Made by a program: the position numbers and the translations under genes. The notes beneath the pieces were generated by a model. It was not told where the DNA came from. It did not search any database and was given only the letters and a program-made list of their open reading frames with translations. 64,000 nucleotides of DNA from an uncultured Candidatus Saccharibacteria bacterium (GTDB lineage: Bacteria > Patescibacteriota > Saccharimonadia > Saccharimonadales > JAGQNJ01): NCBI GenBank assembly GCA_964504275.1, contig CAZDDV010000002.1, positions 12,822 through 76,821 of the forward strand, read 5' to 3'. Below are positions 45,782 to 55,936 of this stretch, one piece after another. Position 1 is the first letter of the stretch, and every line of letters starts with the position of its first letter.

Positions 45782-46270
45782 GTGGAATATCTAGTATTAT
45801 TGATTGCGATCGTGTCATTCCCGCTGGTTTTGGGGGTGTTTTTTCGTGTGTCGGCGTCGGCGTTATTTTTTAGTATCATGGCTGGCGAATTGTTGGCGAG
45901 GTTTTTTCATGTCGAAGCCGAACGCGCGCTGAAAGTGATGATCGGCGAAAGCGCTAGCCACTACGGCGAAGCGTTAATTTTGCTCATTCCGGTTTTGCTG
46001 ACAGCGATTGTAATGCGAAAGACCTTGCCGCGCACTAGATTGATCCTCAGTATTATTCCGTTGATGATTGCCGGAATTGTATTAGCGGTATTTTTGCTGC
46101 CAATTTTACCTGCCGAACTACAAGCAAGCCTGCAAAATAATCAGTATGCAAAAATTATTTTAGAACTAAACTCGGCATTTGTCGGAATCATTATTCTTTC
46201 ACACTTGGTCCTGATGTGGGTGTTTGACCGCAACGAACACAAAGGCAAAAGACGCCGCAAAAAAGACTAG
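45782..46270 (+). CDS. hypothetical membrane protein
   Basis: 162 aa with a GTG start, 4-5 TM helices and a basic tail. Confidence 0.45.
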   Translation: MEYLVLLIAIVSFPLVLGVFFRVSASALFFSIMAGELLARFFHVEAERALKVMIGESASHYGEALILLIPVLLTAIVMRKTLPRTRLILSIIPLMIAGIVLAVFLLPILPAELQASLQNNQYAKIILELNSAFVGIIILSHLVLMWVFDRNEHKGKRRRKKD

Positions 46271-46415
46271 TTAAAACAGCTCTTGTATATCTTGGGCTAG
46301 AATATCCACGAAAAAGGCCGAACATATAAATCTACTTTTTTAGCGGCGGATCTTTTTGCTGATACGATTCTTATGCAAAATAACGCACAGACTTCTAGCG
46401 TGCTAAAATAGCCTT

Positions 46416-46970
46416 ATGAAATATATCATTGGAATAATAGTAGTCGTTTTAATAGCTGGCGGAGTATTCTTGGGTTTTAATCTTGGAAAAAACGGCACAA
46501 CAACATCCGAAAAATCATCTTCTAGTGCAAAGGTACTAGACTTAAGTAATACGGGACTAACAAAAGTTACTTCAGACGTGTACGGCCGAACAGGTACTAC
46601 AGATTTAATACTTTCCAATAATAGTATCCAAACGTTGCCTTCAGAAATGGGCAAAATGACCAGTGTGATAATTTTTAAGATAGACCACAATATTTTAGAA
46701 GGAAGTTTGATTGGCGAGATTCGTCAAATGTCTAAGCTAAAACATCTGGATGTCAGCTACAATAGCATGACTGGAATGCCAGCTGAAATTGGCCAATTAA
46801 GTAATTTAGAAACTTTGGACTATAGCCACAATAATATTTCTGGGCTACCGAATGAGCTAACCAACCTAAAGAACGGCCTAAAAGAGTTCGATCTTACTGG
46901 CAATCCGCTTAGTCGGGAAAAAATCAGTAATTTAAAAGTATCCCCACCCAACACAAAAATCATTTTTTGA
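46416..46970 (+). CDS. membrane-anchored leucine-rich-repeat protein
   Basis: 184 aa with an N-terminal TM helix followed by about 6 LRRs (LxxLxLSxNxIxxLPxEIGxL). Confidence 0.7.
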   Translation: MKYIIGIIVVVLIAGGVFLGFNLGKNGTTTSEKSSSSAKVLDLSNTGLTKVTSDVYGRTGTTDLILSNNSIQTLPSEMGKMTSVIIFKIDHNILEGSLIGEIRQMSKLKHLDVSYNSMTGMPAEIGQLSNLETLDYSHNNISGLPNELTNLKNGLKEFDLTGNPLSREKISNLKVSPPNTKIIF

Positions 46971-46994
46971 TATAACCCGCGTAAGTTATCGTGC

Positions 46995-48938
46995 CTATAG
47001 CCCAAAGCCTCTTTTGAATAAAGACTTCGTACCGTTTTGGGTGCCGCCGCTCGCATTAGTAGGTACTTGCTGCATGTCCAGTGGCCATGTTATAGGCAAC
47101 CTGGCTTTGAATTGACTGCGTCCAAATAAAACATCGGCAACACCGCCACCCTCACTACCTGGGAGCCAGGCAGCTACTGCCGCATCCCAAGACAATATCT
47201 GATCGCTAATTATAAGTGGTCTTCCAGATAGAATAATTACAATAACTTTTTCAGACGATTTTTTCAGATTTTCTATTGCTTGAATATCCCGGGCATCTAT
47301 AACTGGATTGGCATTGTCTCCCCAACCTTCCGCGTAAGGTTTTTCGCTGACAACGGCAATACCTACGTCGGCCTTTTTATTATCAAGCTTAAAGTTACCA
47401 TCTATTTCGTAATCAATCTGAGTGTCGTCGCTTGCTACTTGCCGTATCCCTTGCAGGATTGATGTTCCTCCTGGCATCCAGTTTCCATCTACGCCTTGCC
47501 ACTCGACGGTCCAAGCACCGCTTTGCCTGCCAACGTTATCCGCCCCGCTGCCTGATACAAGAATTTGATCAGTATTTTCTGGCAAAGGTAATAGGGAGTT
47601 TTCATTTTTTAGTAACACGGCAGACGAAGCCACGGCTGTACGGGCAAGTTTACGGTGTTTTTTGGAACCGACAGTATCCAGACTAATGTTGCTCAAAGAT
47701 ACATCAAATAAGCCAGCTTTGAATTTTTGATACAAAATACGACTGACAGCATCATCGATTCTCGCTTGGCTAATCTCGCCATTTTTTACAGCCTTACGTA
47801 CATCACCCAGAAATGCTTTGTAGTCGTACGGCAGCATGGCCATATCTAAGCCAGCATTTATAGTTTTTATATTCGCTTTATATTTGCTCGTTCTGGAGTA
47901 TTCATAAATCCCATACCAATCCGAAACAACAAAACCTTTAAAACCTAATTCGGTTTTAAGCTTATCAGTTATCAAATATTTGCTATCAATAACACGCTCG
48001 TTACCCCATTGGTTCAGACCTATCATTACAGAAGCAACGTCTGCTTCGATAACTTTTTTGTATGGCGGAAGGTATTCGTTTACTAATGCTTGGTTATCGG
48101 CTGTGGTTTTTCCTTGGTCAATTTTGAATTTCTTATGATTTGATTTGCCCCATTCCATGGCTCCGGTGGCCAAATAGTGTTTTGCCGATGCAAGTACGTA
48201 CGTTTTGTCGTCAAGCGGTAACTGAGTGCTTTTAACATGTGCTCTGCCAAGTTGGCCATTCAGCGCAGCATTATCAGAAAAAGCTTCGTAAACTCTACCC
48301 CAACGGATATCTTTAGGTGCATCGAGTGAAGGAGAGTAGTTCCAGTTTATTCCGGTCGCGTTCAATTCCTCGCTTGTAGCAATCGCCACGTCACTGACTA
48401 ACTTAGTGTCCCGGGCCGCTCCTAAACCTATTGCGTGCGGAAAAACTGTTGCTCCCAATACATTTGAATGGCCGTGATTAGCATCAATTCCGTATAGAAT
48501 CGGTATCCCTAGCCTTGATTTCAGCGCCTGGCTCTTCATGTCATTTACCATGCTCTTCCACCCTTGAGGCGTATTAGTCTTTGGTTTGGAACCGGCGCCG
48601 CTCAGAACACCGCCTAAATAATATTTGCTAATGTCGTCCATTTTTCCGAGGCTATTCTTATCGACCAAAGCCATTTGACCAATCTTTTCCTCTAACGTCA
48701 TACGAGGCACTAAGTCTCGCACCCTAGCTTCTATGGGTTGGTCTGCCTGTTTGTACAGAGCATCTGCTGGCGGTGGCGGCAATTGCATGCCCAAATCTTC
48801 CGGTTGTAACGAGTAAGTAACGAGGCTAACAATTAAAAGCACAAATATAACAAAAATAATCCAGCGGTTACGAGGGGTGTTAACTTTTTTAAAAGTAGTT
48901 TTCTTGTATTTACGGTGATTTTTATTTCGACTGGTCAT
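46995..48938 (-). CDS. glycoside hydrolase family 3 protein
   Basis: 647 aa from the ATG at 48938. N-terminal TM anchor, the GFKGFVVSDW nucleophile motif, and a GH3 C-terminal domain. Confidence 0.85.
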   Translation of the reverse strand: MTSRNKNHRKYKKTTFKKVNTPRNRWIIFVIFVLLIVSLVTYSLQPEDLGMQLPPPPADALYKQADQPIEARVRDLVPRMTLEEKIGQMALVDKNSLGKMDDISKYYLGGVLSGAGSKPKTNTPQGWKSMVNDMKSQALKSRLGIPILYGIDANHGHSNVLGATVFPHAIGLGAARDTKLVSDVAIATSEELNATGINWNYSPSLDAPKDIRWGRVYEAFSDNAALNGQLGRAHVKSTQLPLDDKTYVLASAKHYLATGAMEWGKSNHKKFKIDQGKTTADNQALVNEYLPPYKKVIEADVASVMIGLNQWGNERVIDSKYLITDKLKTELGFKGFVVSDWYGIYEYSRTSKYKANIKTINAGLDMAMLPYDYKAFLGDVRKAVKNGEISQARIDDAVSRILYQKFKAGLFDVSLSNISLDTVGSKKHRKLARTAVASSAVLLKNENSLLPLPENTDQILVSGSGADNVGRQSGAWTVEWQGVDGNWMPGGTSILQGIRQVASDDTQIDYEIDGNFKLDNKKADVGIAVVSEKPYAEGWGDNANPVIDARDIQAIENLKKSSEKVIVIILSGRPLIISDQILSWDAAVAAWLPGSEGGGVADVLFGRSQFKARLPITWPLDMQQVPTNASGGTQNGTKSLFKRGFGL

Positions 48939-49109
48939 TGCCGTAATTATAGCAAAAACAGAGGTGTTTAAACATGATCGGAGTGGAGAGACCACTGGGT
49001 ATGTTCTTTTCAAGAACCATTGTTGCAACCAAAAAACCAAGCCGACACGCAAACCCAAATTAACAATGCGGCAAAAACGAGCGTTTCAAATAATTTATCT
49101 GGTTTCGGG

Positions 49110-49517
49110 TTAATTTATAACTACTCTGAGTATCAATACTGCAACAATAGAAACAGCGGCAGTCAGCACTGTTCCCCATAATAAATCGACAATAGTAACT
49201 ATAGGTGGCCAGTTTTTTAATGTTGCCTGATTGGTTAGATCATACGTGGCGTACGTAACCAGACCGTACAATGCACCAAGTAACCCAATTTTCACTAAAC
49301 TGTCTATATTTTTCCACCCTGGGTAGACAATGAATATCGTAACGCCCAAAATAAATATTAAATAAAAGGCTATTGCCGCCCACCAGTTTGGTTTATCGGC
49401 CATTATGAATCCAATATGCTTTTTGTAGAACGCTGGCGCTATCAAACCGAGCCATGCTGCATCAAGCACTGTCATTGTCCCAAGCGAAGTTAAGAATGCA
49501 TAGAAGTAATTAGTCAT
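49110..49517 (-). CDS. DUF2177-like membrane protein
   Basis: 135 aa with four TM helices. The family call is from recollection. Confidence 0.5.
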   Translation of the reverse strand: MTNYFYAFLTSLGTMTVLDAAWLGLIAPAFYKKHIGFIMADKPNWWAAIAFYLIFILGVTIFIVYPGWKNIDSLVKIGLLGALYGLVTYATYDLTNQATLKNWPPIVTIVDLLWGTVLTAAVSIVAVLILRVVIN

Positions 49518-49559
49518 ATGAATATTGTAACAAAAACTCCCTTGCAGGAGTTCTTATTT

Positions 49560-49636
49560 TGGAGGGCCCACTGGGACTCGAACCCAGGACACCCTGCTTA
49601 AAAGGCAGGTGCTCTAACCGGCTGAGCTATGGGCCC
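49560..49636 (-). tRNA. tRNA-Lys (UUU)
   Basis: Reverse complement folds as GGGCCCA-TA-GCTC-AGCCGGTTA-GAGC-A-CCTGC-CTTTTAA-GCAGG-GTGTC-CTGGG-TTCGAGT-CCCAG-TGGGCCC-T-CCA. Confidence 0.9.
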
Positions 49637-49893
49637 ATATTTATGGTGAATGAAAGGTGTTGCTCATGATAAAAGCTCGTTCGTGCTGCTCGGTTAGAAC
49701 ACGGTGCTTATTATTATCTTTTCGATGAAACAAGTTCATCGAGGGCGGCTGAGTTACGAGCCCTTGTTTGGCTTACGTGCAAGACGTAAAACAGGGTAAA
49801 TTATCTCTGTTTTTGGTAAAAAAGTCAACGGTAGCTTTGATTACTACGGATCTGTGATTTAATACGATTAATCACCAGGGCATTTGGAAAAAC

Positions 49894-51339
49894 GTGAATC
49901 AAACAAAAATTTGGCGGTGGACGAGTGTGCTGATTGTGGCTTTGACTGTTTTTTTGGGCGGTCTAGGTTTTGCGCGGCTAGCGTTTTGTTTGCTGATTAT
50001 TTTTTGTGCGTCGGTATTTTTCTTGGCTTTTGGATTTTTGTTACGAACGCGAAAGCCAAAAGTTTTTTACATTTTATTTATAATCTTTGCGTTTGTGGCG
50101 GGCTGGATGCAAGGAACTATTCATATGCAAAAACTCGCCGCCTACCAAACGACATTTGGGCAGGCTGTTGTTTTGGAAGTTACCGCGCGCGAAGATTCGT
50201 ATTATAACGACAAATCGCAAATGGAGTTTTCGGCGAGTAATGTTGTACAGACCGAACCAGCACAAACAAAACTGCCCGGGCAAATTATTGTTAATGGCCG
50301 CGGCGTGCCGATGGTCTACCGCGGTGACCGATTGAAAATATCGGGCAAGTTGTTTCCACGGCGCGGAGCAAACCAGGCTGGCATGGGCTTTGCAAATATT
50401 GAACTTTTGGCTCGCTCACCCACAAAGCTCGACACGTTTCGCCGAAACTTCGCCGCCAGCATGCAAAATGTTTTGCCAGAACCGCTGGCTAGTTTTGGCC
50501 TAGGCTTACTAATCGGCCAACGAACATCGTTGGGCTCAGCGGTTAATGATCAACTTACAAACGTTGGGCTGATTCATATCGTCGCGGTTTCGGGCTATAA
50601 CCTGACGGTGATTGTAATGATTGTGCGTCGGCTGTTCGAAAAAAGATCGCGCTACCAAGCATTCATAATTTCTAGCGTTTTAATCGGATTATTTTTGTTA
50701 ATTACTGGAGGCAGTCCGTCGATTGTACGCGCGGCGGTGGTGAGCGGCGTGAGTTTGGTGCTGTGGTATTTTGGCCGTAAGATTCGCGGTGTTTTGATTT
50801 TGATGATTTCTGCTGCATTAACCGCTGGCGTGAACCCCCTGTATATTTGGGGAAACATTGGCTGGTATTTGTCGTTTACAGCTTTTTTTGGCGTGCTGGT
50901 GTTGGCGCCGTTGTTGCTGGTAAGGTTCAAAAAAGCTTGGCGCGAAAATATGCTCATTCAGGTTTTGGCCGAAACCACCGCCGCTCAACTTTGCACATTG
51001 CCAATTATTTTATTCATATTTGGCAGGTTGTCGGTCGTCAGTATTATTGCAAATTTGCTCGTCGTGCCACTCGTGCCGCTGGCAATGTTTTTTAGTTTGG
51101 TTGCTGGTTTGGCGAGTTTGTTTCATGCGCCGTTGTTATTTTTGTTAGCACTGCCTGCACGATTGTTGCTGCGATATATGATTGATATTTCTTCACTGCT
51201 GGCGCGAGTGCCATACGCAAATGTTGAGTTTCAGATATCTAGCTGGCAGATGATTGCGTTGTACATTTTGATTTTGCTGCTGACGATTATACTTTGGTTC
51301 AAAAATAAAAATGGTACAATAACAGGGAAGAAAACATAG
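49894..51339 (+). CDS. comEC: ComEC/Rec2 DNA internalisation channel (no beta-lactamase-like domain)
   Basis: 481 aa, polytopic, with GLIHIVAVSGYNLTVIV. Confidence 0.8.
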   Translation: MNQTKIWRWTSVLIVALTVFLGGLGFARLAFCLLIIFCASVFFLAFGFLLRTRKPKVFYILFIIFAFVAGWMQGTIHMQKLAAYQTTFGQAVVLEVTAREDSYYNDKSQMEFSASNVVQTEPAQTKLPGQIIVNGRGVPMVYRGDRLKISGKLFPRRGANQAGMGFANIELLARSPTKLDTFRRNFAASMQNVLPEPLASFGLGLLIGQRTSLGSAVNDQLTNVGLIHIVAVSGYNLTVIVMIVRRLFEKRSRYQAFIISSVLIGLFLLITGGSPSIVRAAVVSGVSLVLWYFGRKIRGVLILMISAALTAGVNPLYIWGNIGWYLSFTAFFGVLVLAPLLLVRFKKAWRENMLIQVLAETTAAQLCTLPIILFIFGRLSVVSIIANLLVVPLVPLAMFFSLVAGLASLFHAPLLFLLALPARLLLRYMIDISSLLARVPYANVEFQISSWQMIALYILILLLTIILWFKNKNGTITGKKT

Positions 51340-51348
51340 GGAGCAATC

Positions 51349-52062
51349 ATGTCCGGACACTCAAAATGGGAGACTATCAAAAGAGCCAAAGGCGCTAACG
51401 ACGCCAAGCGCGGCGCTTTGTTTACCAAACTTGGAAACATGATTGCGATTGCTGCTCGCGGCGGCGCTGACCCAGACACAAACTTTAACTTGCGATTAGC
51501 GATCGATAAAGCAAAAACGGCCAATGTTCCGAATGCAAATATTCAGCGATCAATCGACCGTGGCAGCGGAAAACTTGGCGGCGAACAAATACAAGAAGTC
51601 ATGTACGAAGGTTATGGACCGGGTGGCGTAGCAGTTTTGGTTTCGTGCGCAACTGACAACGTAAACCGAACGTATCCGATGGTAAAATTGGCGTTTAGTA
51701 AACACGGTGGAAACATCGCCGAAAAAGGTTCAGTGGCCTATCAGTTTGATCGCAAGGGTGTGATCCGCGTCAAAGGTATTGGCGAAGATTTACTACTGCA
51801 AGTTTTAGATGCTGGCGCAGATGACGCTGCCGAAGAAGAGGGCGAAATGACTGTTTTTACTGATCCAAAAGAGTTGGCAAAAGTTCGCGAAAACTTGCAA
51901 GCCGCAAATGTCGATATTGAAAGTGCCGAACTCACATTTGTACCAAAAAAAACCGTTCTTGTTGATGATGAAGCGACGATCGGCAAAGTCATGCGCGTTA
52001 TGGAAGCGCTTGAAGACCTCGACGACGTTGTCGATACCTACACAAACTTTGATAGTAAATAA
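51349..52062 (+). CDS. yebC: YebC/PmpR-family regulator
   Basis: 237 aa starting MSGHSKWETIKRAKGANDAKRG. Confidence 0.9.
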   Translation: MSGHSKWETIKRAKGANDAKRGALFTKLGNMIAIAARGGADPDTNFNLRLAIDKAKTANVPNANIQRSIDRGSGKLGGEQIQEVMYEGYGPGGVAVLVSCATDNVNRTYPMVKLAFSKHGGNIAEKGSVAYQFDRKGVIRVKGIGEDLLLQVLDAGADDAAEEEGEMTVFTDPKELAKVRENLQAANVDIESAELTFVPKKTVLVDDEATIGKVMRVMEALEDLDDVVDTYTNFDSK

Positions 52063-52156
52063 TTTTTCGGGGTAAGCAAAAGAATTTTGTTGACAGCAAT
52101 TTTTTTGCGTGTATAGTCATCGGCATTAAGCAATGAAAGTCCAAAAAGGAGGCATC

Positions 52157-53773
52157 ATGAGCTTTTATTTTTTTACCCCAAAATTCGCAGTACGAATTTT
52201 TATCGCAGCGCTTTCGCTAGCGATTTTTTTAAACGGTTTGTTGCCCGGCTTTGCTTTTGCAGATACACAAAGTCTTGTTATTAATGAAGTTCAAACCGGA
52301 GGCATTGGCACCGGAAACGCGGGCCAAGAATTTATCGAACTAAAAAATACCAGTGCGGAATCCACAAATGTTTCCGGCTGGAAAGTCGTCTATTCGTCTA
52401 GTACTGACGCATCGAAATACACAATCGTCGAACTGCAAGGCGAAGTTATCGCGGGAGGTTTTGTGTTGCTCGTTTCCAACTCGTATCTTGTGCCTGGTGG
52501 CGTCACGCCCGATCTTTTGTTTGCATATAACAGCGGGATGTCAGGAGTTGGTGGTCACATCAAACTTGTCGACAATTTGAACCAGGAGCGCGATCGATTA
52601 GGTTGGGGGAGTGCGCAATTCGCCGAAACACTACCTGCTTTAGCGCCAGATCCAGGGAAATCTTTGCAGCGCGAAGGGGAAGATAGCGACGATAATTCAA
52701 AAGATTTTTTGGTGGACAGTCCAACGCCAAGTGGCGGGGATTTAAAACCAGTCACAGAACCAGAACCCGAGCCTGAACCAGAACCAACCGAATATTTGCC
52801 GATTACAATTACCGAACTTTTGCCCGATCCGGCCAGCCCAAAACTTGATAGCGAAGATGAATTCATAGAATTATATAACCCAAACGACGAAGCAGTATTA
52901 TTAAAAGATTATGTATTGCAAACCGGCAGTAGTTTCCAGTATTCGTATAAATTGCCGGCGTTTAGTATTGAGCCCAAAAAATACATGGCGCTGTATTCGA
53001 GCGAAACAAACTTGACCCTAAGTAACACTTCCAGTAAAGCAAGAATCAGTGACCCAAACGGCAAAATTTTATTTACGACGGATGAGTATAATTCGGTTAC
53101 CGAAAATAACGCGTGGGGATTGTTCGATGAATCGTGGCAGGCGACAAATCAACCCACGCCCGCCAGCGCCAACAAAGCGAGTAGCATCGAACAAGAAATT
53201 GTAGAATCAGAAAATGACGAAGAAGGTCCTGTGCCCTGCCCGGCTGGCAAGTTTCGAAACCCCGCCACAAACAGATGTAAAATGATTGATTCAGAATCCG
53301 GGCTAAAACCCTGCAATCCTGATCAGTTTAGAAATCCAGAAACCAATCGATGTAAAAAAATTGAAACTTCCAATGGTCTGCTGCCTTGCTTGGCTGGACA
53401 ATATCGTAACCCTGAAACTAACCGGTGCCGCGCAACCGCGAGTGCGAGCTCTGTTTTGAAACCCTGCAATCCCGATCAAGTGCGCAACCCGGCTACAAAT
53501 CGTTGCAAAAAGAAAGATTCAGACTCTGATCTCAAACCATGTGCCGCCGGGCAAGAACGAAACCCTGATACAAATCGTTGCCGAAAAGTTGCTGGTGTGT
53601 CAACAACAAATCCGCTTGCCACCCCCGCCGCTGCAGCAACGACAAAAACTAGTGTTAGCTACCCGGCAATGATTGCTGTTGCGGCATTGGCAGTTGGATA
53701 CGGCGTGTTTGAATATCGTCAAGAAATAAAGCGGCGCGTGCTAAAAATATTTTCTAAATCTTCGTCTAAATAA
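52157..53773 (+). CDS. surface protein with two lamin-tail domains, five Cys-bracketed repeats and a C-terminal TM anchor
   Basis: AAAGGAGG then the ATG at 52157. Signal peptide ..GFAFA, LTD motifs LVINEVQTGG..EFIELKN and ITELLPDP..EFIELYN, and a PEPEPEPEP linker. TTGACA-N16-TATAGT lies at 52090-52117. Confidence 0.7.
   Translation: MSFYFFTPKFAVRIFIAALSLAIFLNGLLPGFAFADTQSLVINEVQTGGIGTGNAGQEFIELKNTSAESTNVSGWKVVYSSSTDASKYTIVELQGEVIAGGFVLLVSNSYLVPGGVTPDLLFAYNSGMSGVGGHIKLVDNLNQERDRLGWGSAQFAETLPALAPDPGKSLQREGEDSDDNSKDFLVDSPTPSGGDLKPVTEPEPEPEPEPTEYLPITITELLPDPASPKLDSEDEFIELYNPNDEAVLLKDYVLQTGSSFQYSYKLPAFSIEPKKYMALYSSETNLTLSNTSSKARISDPNGKILFTTDEYNSVTENNAWGLFDESWQATNQPTPASANKASSIEQEIVESENDEEGPVPCPAGKFRNPATNRCKMIDSESGLKPCNPDQFRNPETNRCKKIETSNGLLPCLAGQYRNPETNRCRATASASSVLKPCNPDQVRNPATNRCKKKDSDSDLKPCAAGQERNPDTNRCRKVAGVSTTNPLATPAAAATTKTSVSYPAMIAVAALAVGYGVFEYRQEIKRRVLKIFSKSSSK
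53237..53587 (+). repeat. five tandem ~25-aa coding repeats C-x3-[QK]-x-RNP-x-TNRC-[KR]
   Basis: CPAGKFRNPATNRCK, CNPDQFRNPETNRCK, CLAGQYRNPETNRCR, CNPDQVRNPATNRCK, CAAGQERNPDTNRCR. Confidence 0.8.
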
Positions 53774-53795
53774 CCCTGCGCTATAATACAGGCAG

Positions 53796-54266
53796 ATGAA
53801 AATTTTGGGGATCGATCCAGGAACGGGAATTTTGGGCTTTGGCGTCATTGAAGCGACGAAGTCTAGTATGGTTTGTATAGATGCCGGCGTAATTAGAACT
53901 CCGCCCAAACAAGCCGATGCCGATCGTTTGGAAACTATTTTTGATGAACTGTCACAAATTATCAAACAGCACAAACCGCAAGCCATGTCGGTCGAGAAGT
54001 TATTTTTTGCTAAAAACGTAACGACGGCAATGAGTGTCAGCCAAGCCCGCGGCGTGGTTTTGTTACTGGGCAAACAACACAAACTTGATTTATACGAGTA
54101 CACGCCAATGCAAATAAAGCAGGCAATAACAGGTTACGGAAAGGCCGACAAGCCACAAATGCAAGAAATGGTGCGAGTTATTTTAAAGCTTAAAGAAACC
54201 CCAAAACCCGACGACGCCGCCGACGCCCTCGCTGCCGCTATCTGTTGCAGCATGAGTATGTCATAA
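53796..54266 (+). CDS. ruvC: Holliday junction resolvase RuvC
   Basis: 156 aa starting MKILGIDPGTGILGFGVI. Confidence 0.9.
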   Translation: MKILGIDPGTGILGFGVIEATKSSMVCIDAGVIRTPPKQADADRLETIFDELSQIIKQHKPQAMSVEKLFFAKNVTTAMSVSQARGVVLLLGKQHKLDLYEYTPMQIKQAITGYGKADKPQMQEMVRVILKLKETPKPDDAADALAAAICCSMSMS

Positions 54267-54275
54267 TATAGCGAC

Positions 54276-54839
54276 ATGATTGCAACACTCGAGGGAACGG
54301 TAAGCGAAAACAACGCAGACTACATCGTGCTAGATGTTGGCGGTGTTGGGTATGGCGTGTTTGTGGCCGGCGAAGATCACAGCGTTTTGCAAACGGGAAC
54401 AAAAACAAAATTATACATTTACGAACACATTCGCGAAGTTGCGCACGATTTGTTTGGGTTTGTTTTGCCTGAATCTAAAAAACTATTCGAACAACTATTA
54501 AGCGTAAATGGCGTTGGCCCAAAAATGGCGCTGAGTATTTTAAATCTTGGTAGCTCAAAAAATGTTGCCAGCAGTATTGCCAACCAAGACGCCGAATATA
54601 TAAAACAGGCCAGTGGCGTTGGTAAAAAAGTTGCCGAGCGAATCGTACTAGACCTAAAAGACAAAGTTGGCATCGCCGGATCGTTCGTTGGCGCAACGCA
54701 ATCAACCAGCGACGAAGCCGTGCAAGGTTTGATTGCACTCGGCTATACCCTGCCAGACGCCCAAAACGCCCTCGCCGAAATCAACCCAAAACTCCCAACC
54801 GCCGATCGCATAAAACAAGCCCTAAAAGGAAAATCATGA
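54276..54839 (+). CDS. ruvA: Holliday junction helicase subunit RuvA
   Basis: 187 aa with MIATLEGTV and LLSVNGVGPKMAL. Confidence 0.9.
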   Translation: MIATLEGTVSENNADYIVLDVGGVGYGVFVAGEDHSVLQTGTKTKLYIYEHIREVAHDLFGFVLPESKKLFEQLLSVNGVGPKMALSILNLGSSKNVASSIANQDAEYIKQASGVGKKVAERIVLDLKDKVGIAGSFVGATQSTSDEAVQGLIALGYTLPDAQNALAEINPKLPTADRIKQALKGKS

Positions 54840-54894
54840 ATTCCCTATTTTCTGATTACTTTTTACTAATTACTAAAATCCAAAGGATTTTTTA

Positions 54895-55929
54895 ATGGCG
54901 ATTGAACGAATAGTGCAGACTAGTTCTGATGGTGAGGACAAGCAAGAAGAGCAGTTCGAGAATACGCTGCGGCCAAAAGATTTTGCAAATTATACCGGAC
55001 AAGAATTAATCAAAAAAAATTTAAAACTGGCAATTGCGGCTGCAAAGAAACGCGGTGAACCAATTGATCACGTGCTTTTGTACGGCCCGCCGGGTTTGGG
55101 TAAAACAACTTTGGCGAGTGTGATTGCCAACGAAATGGGTGCGCAAATTAGAATCACCAGCGGCCCAGCAATCGAGCGGGCCGGTGATTTGGCGAGTTTG
55201 CTGACAAATTTGCAAGACGGCGACGTATTATTTATTGACGAAATTCACCGACTCCACCGCACGGTTGAAGAAGTTTTGTACAGTGCCATGGAAGATTTTA
55301 AGCTGGACATTATGCTGGGCAAAGGTCCGAGCGCAAAAAGTCTGCGGCTCGATTTGCCGAAGTTCACAATCATTGGAGCCACAACCCGAACCGGCGAACT
55401 AGCCGCGCCACTGCGCGATAGATTTGGCATGATTCACCGACTAGATTTTTATAACGAACAAGAAATTACTACAATTATTAAACGCGCCGCCAGTATTTTA
55501 GGAATCAAAATTGACGAGGCGGCTGCCAAAGAACTTGCCAAACGTTCACGATTAACGCCGCGCATTGCCAATAGACTATTAAAACGCATGCGCGATTACG
55601 CGGATGTAAATGGCGACGGAATTATCGACACGCCAACAACAAACAAGGCGCTCGAACTACTAGAGATTGATGAGTTGGGGCTCGACCCAAGCGACAGACG
55701 TTTACTAAAGGCAATCATCGACCATTACAATGGCGGCCCAGTTGGCGTAGAAACCATTGCGGCAATTATTGCCGAAGAGCGCCAAACAATCGAAGATGTT
55801 CATGAGCCATACCTCATGCAAATCGGGATGTTAGAGCGAACGCCGCGCGGCCGCAAAACAACCAGCAAAGCACACAAGCATATTGGCCAGAGTAAAAAGA
55901 CCACCGATAATCAGCAGTCACTGGTATAA
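54895..55929 (+). CDS. ruvB: Holliday junction helicase RuvB
   Basis: 344 aa with [14 protein letters not shown] and FIDEIHRL. Confidence 0.95.
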   Translation: MAIERIVQTSSDGEDKQEEQFENTLRPKDFANYTGQELIKKNLKLAIAAAKKRGEPIDHVLLYGPPGLGKTTLASVIANEMGAQIRITSGPAIERAGDLASLLTNLQDGDVLFIDEIHRLHRTVEEVLYSAMEDFKLDIMLGKGPSAKSLRLDLPKFTIIGATTRTGELAAPLRDRFGMIHRLDFYNEQEITTIIKRAASILGIKIDEAAAKELAKRSRLTPRIANRLLKRMRDYADVNGDGIIDTPTTNKALELLEIDELGLDPSDRRLLKAIIDHYNGGPVGVETIAAIIAEERQTIEDVHEPYLMQIGMLERTPRGRKTTSKAHKHIGQSKKTTDNQQSLV

Positions 55930-55936
55930 TATATCC

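Noticed and set aside
52757-52790. The PEPEPEPEP-encoding stretch read as a DNA microsatellite.
   Set aside because: Codon usage varies (gaa cca gaa ccc gag cct ..), so it is a protein linker rather than a slippage-prone simple repeat.
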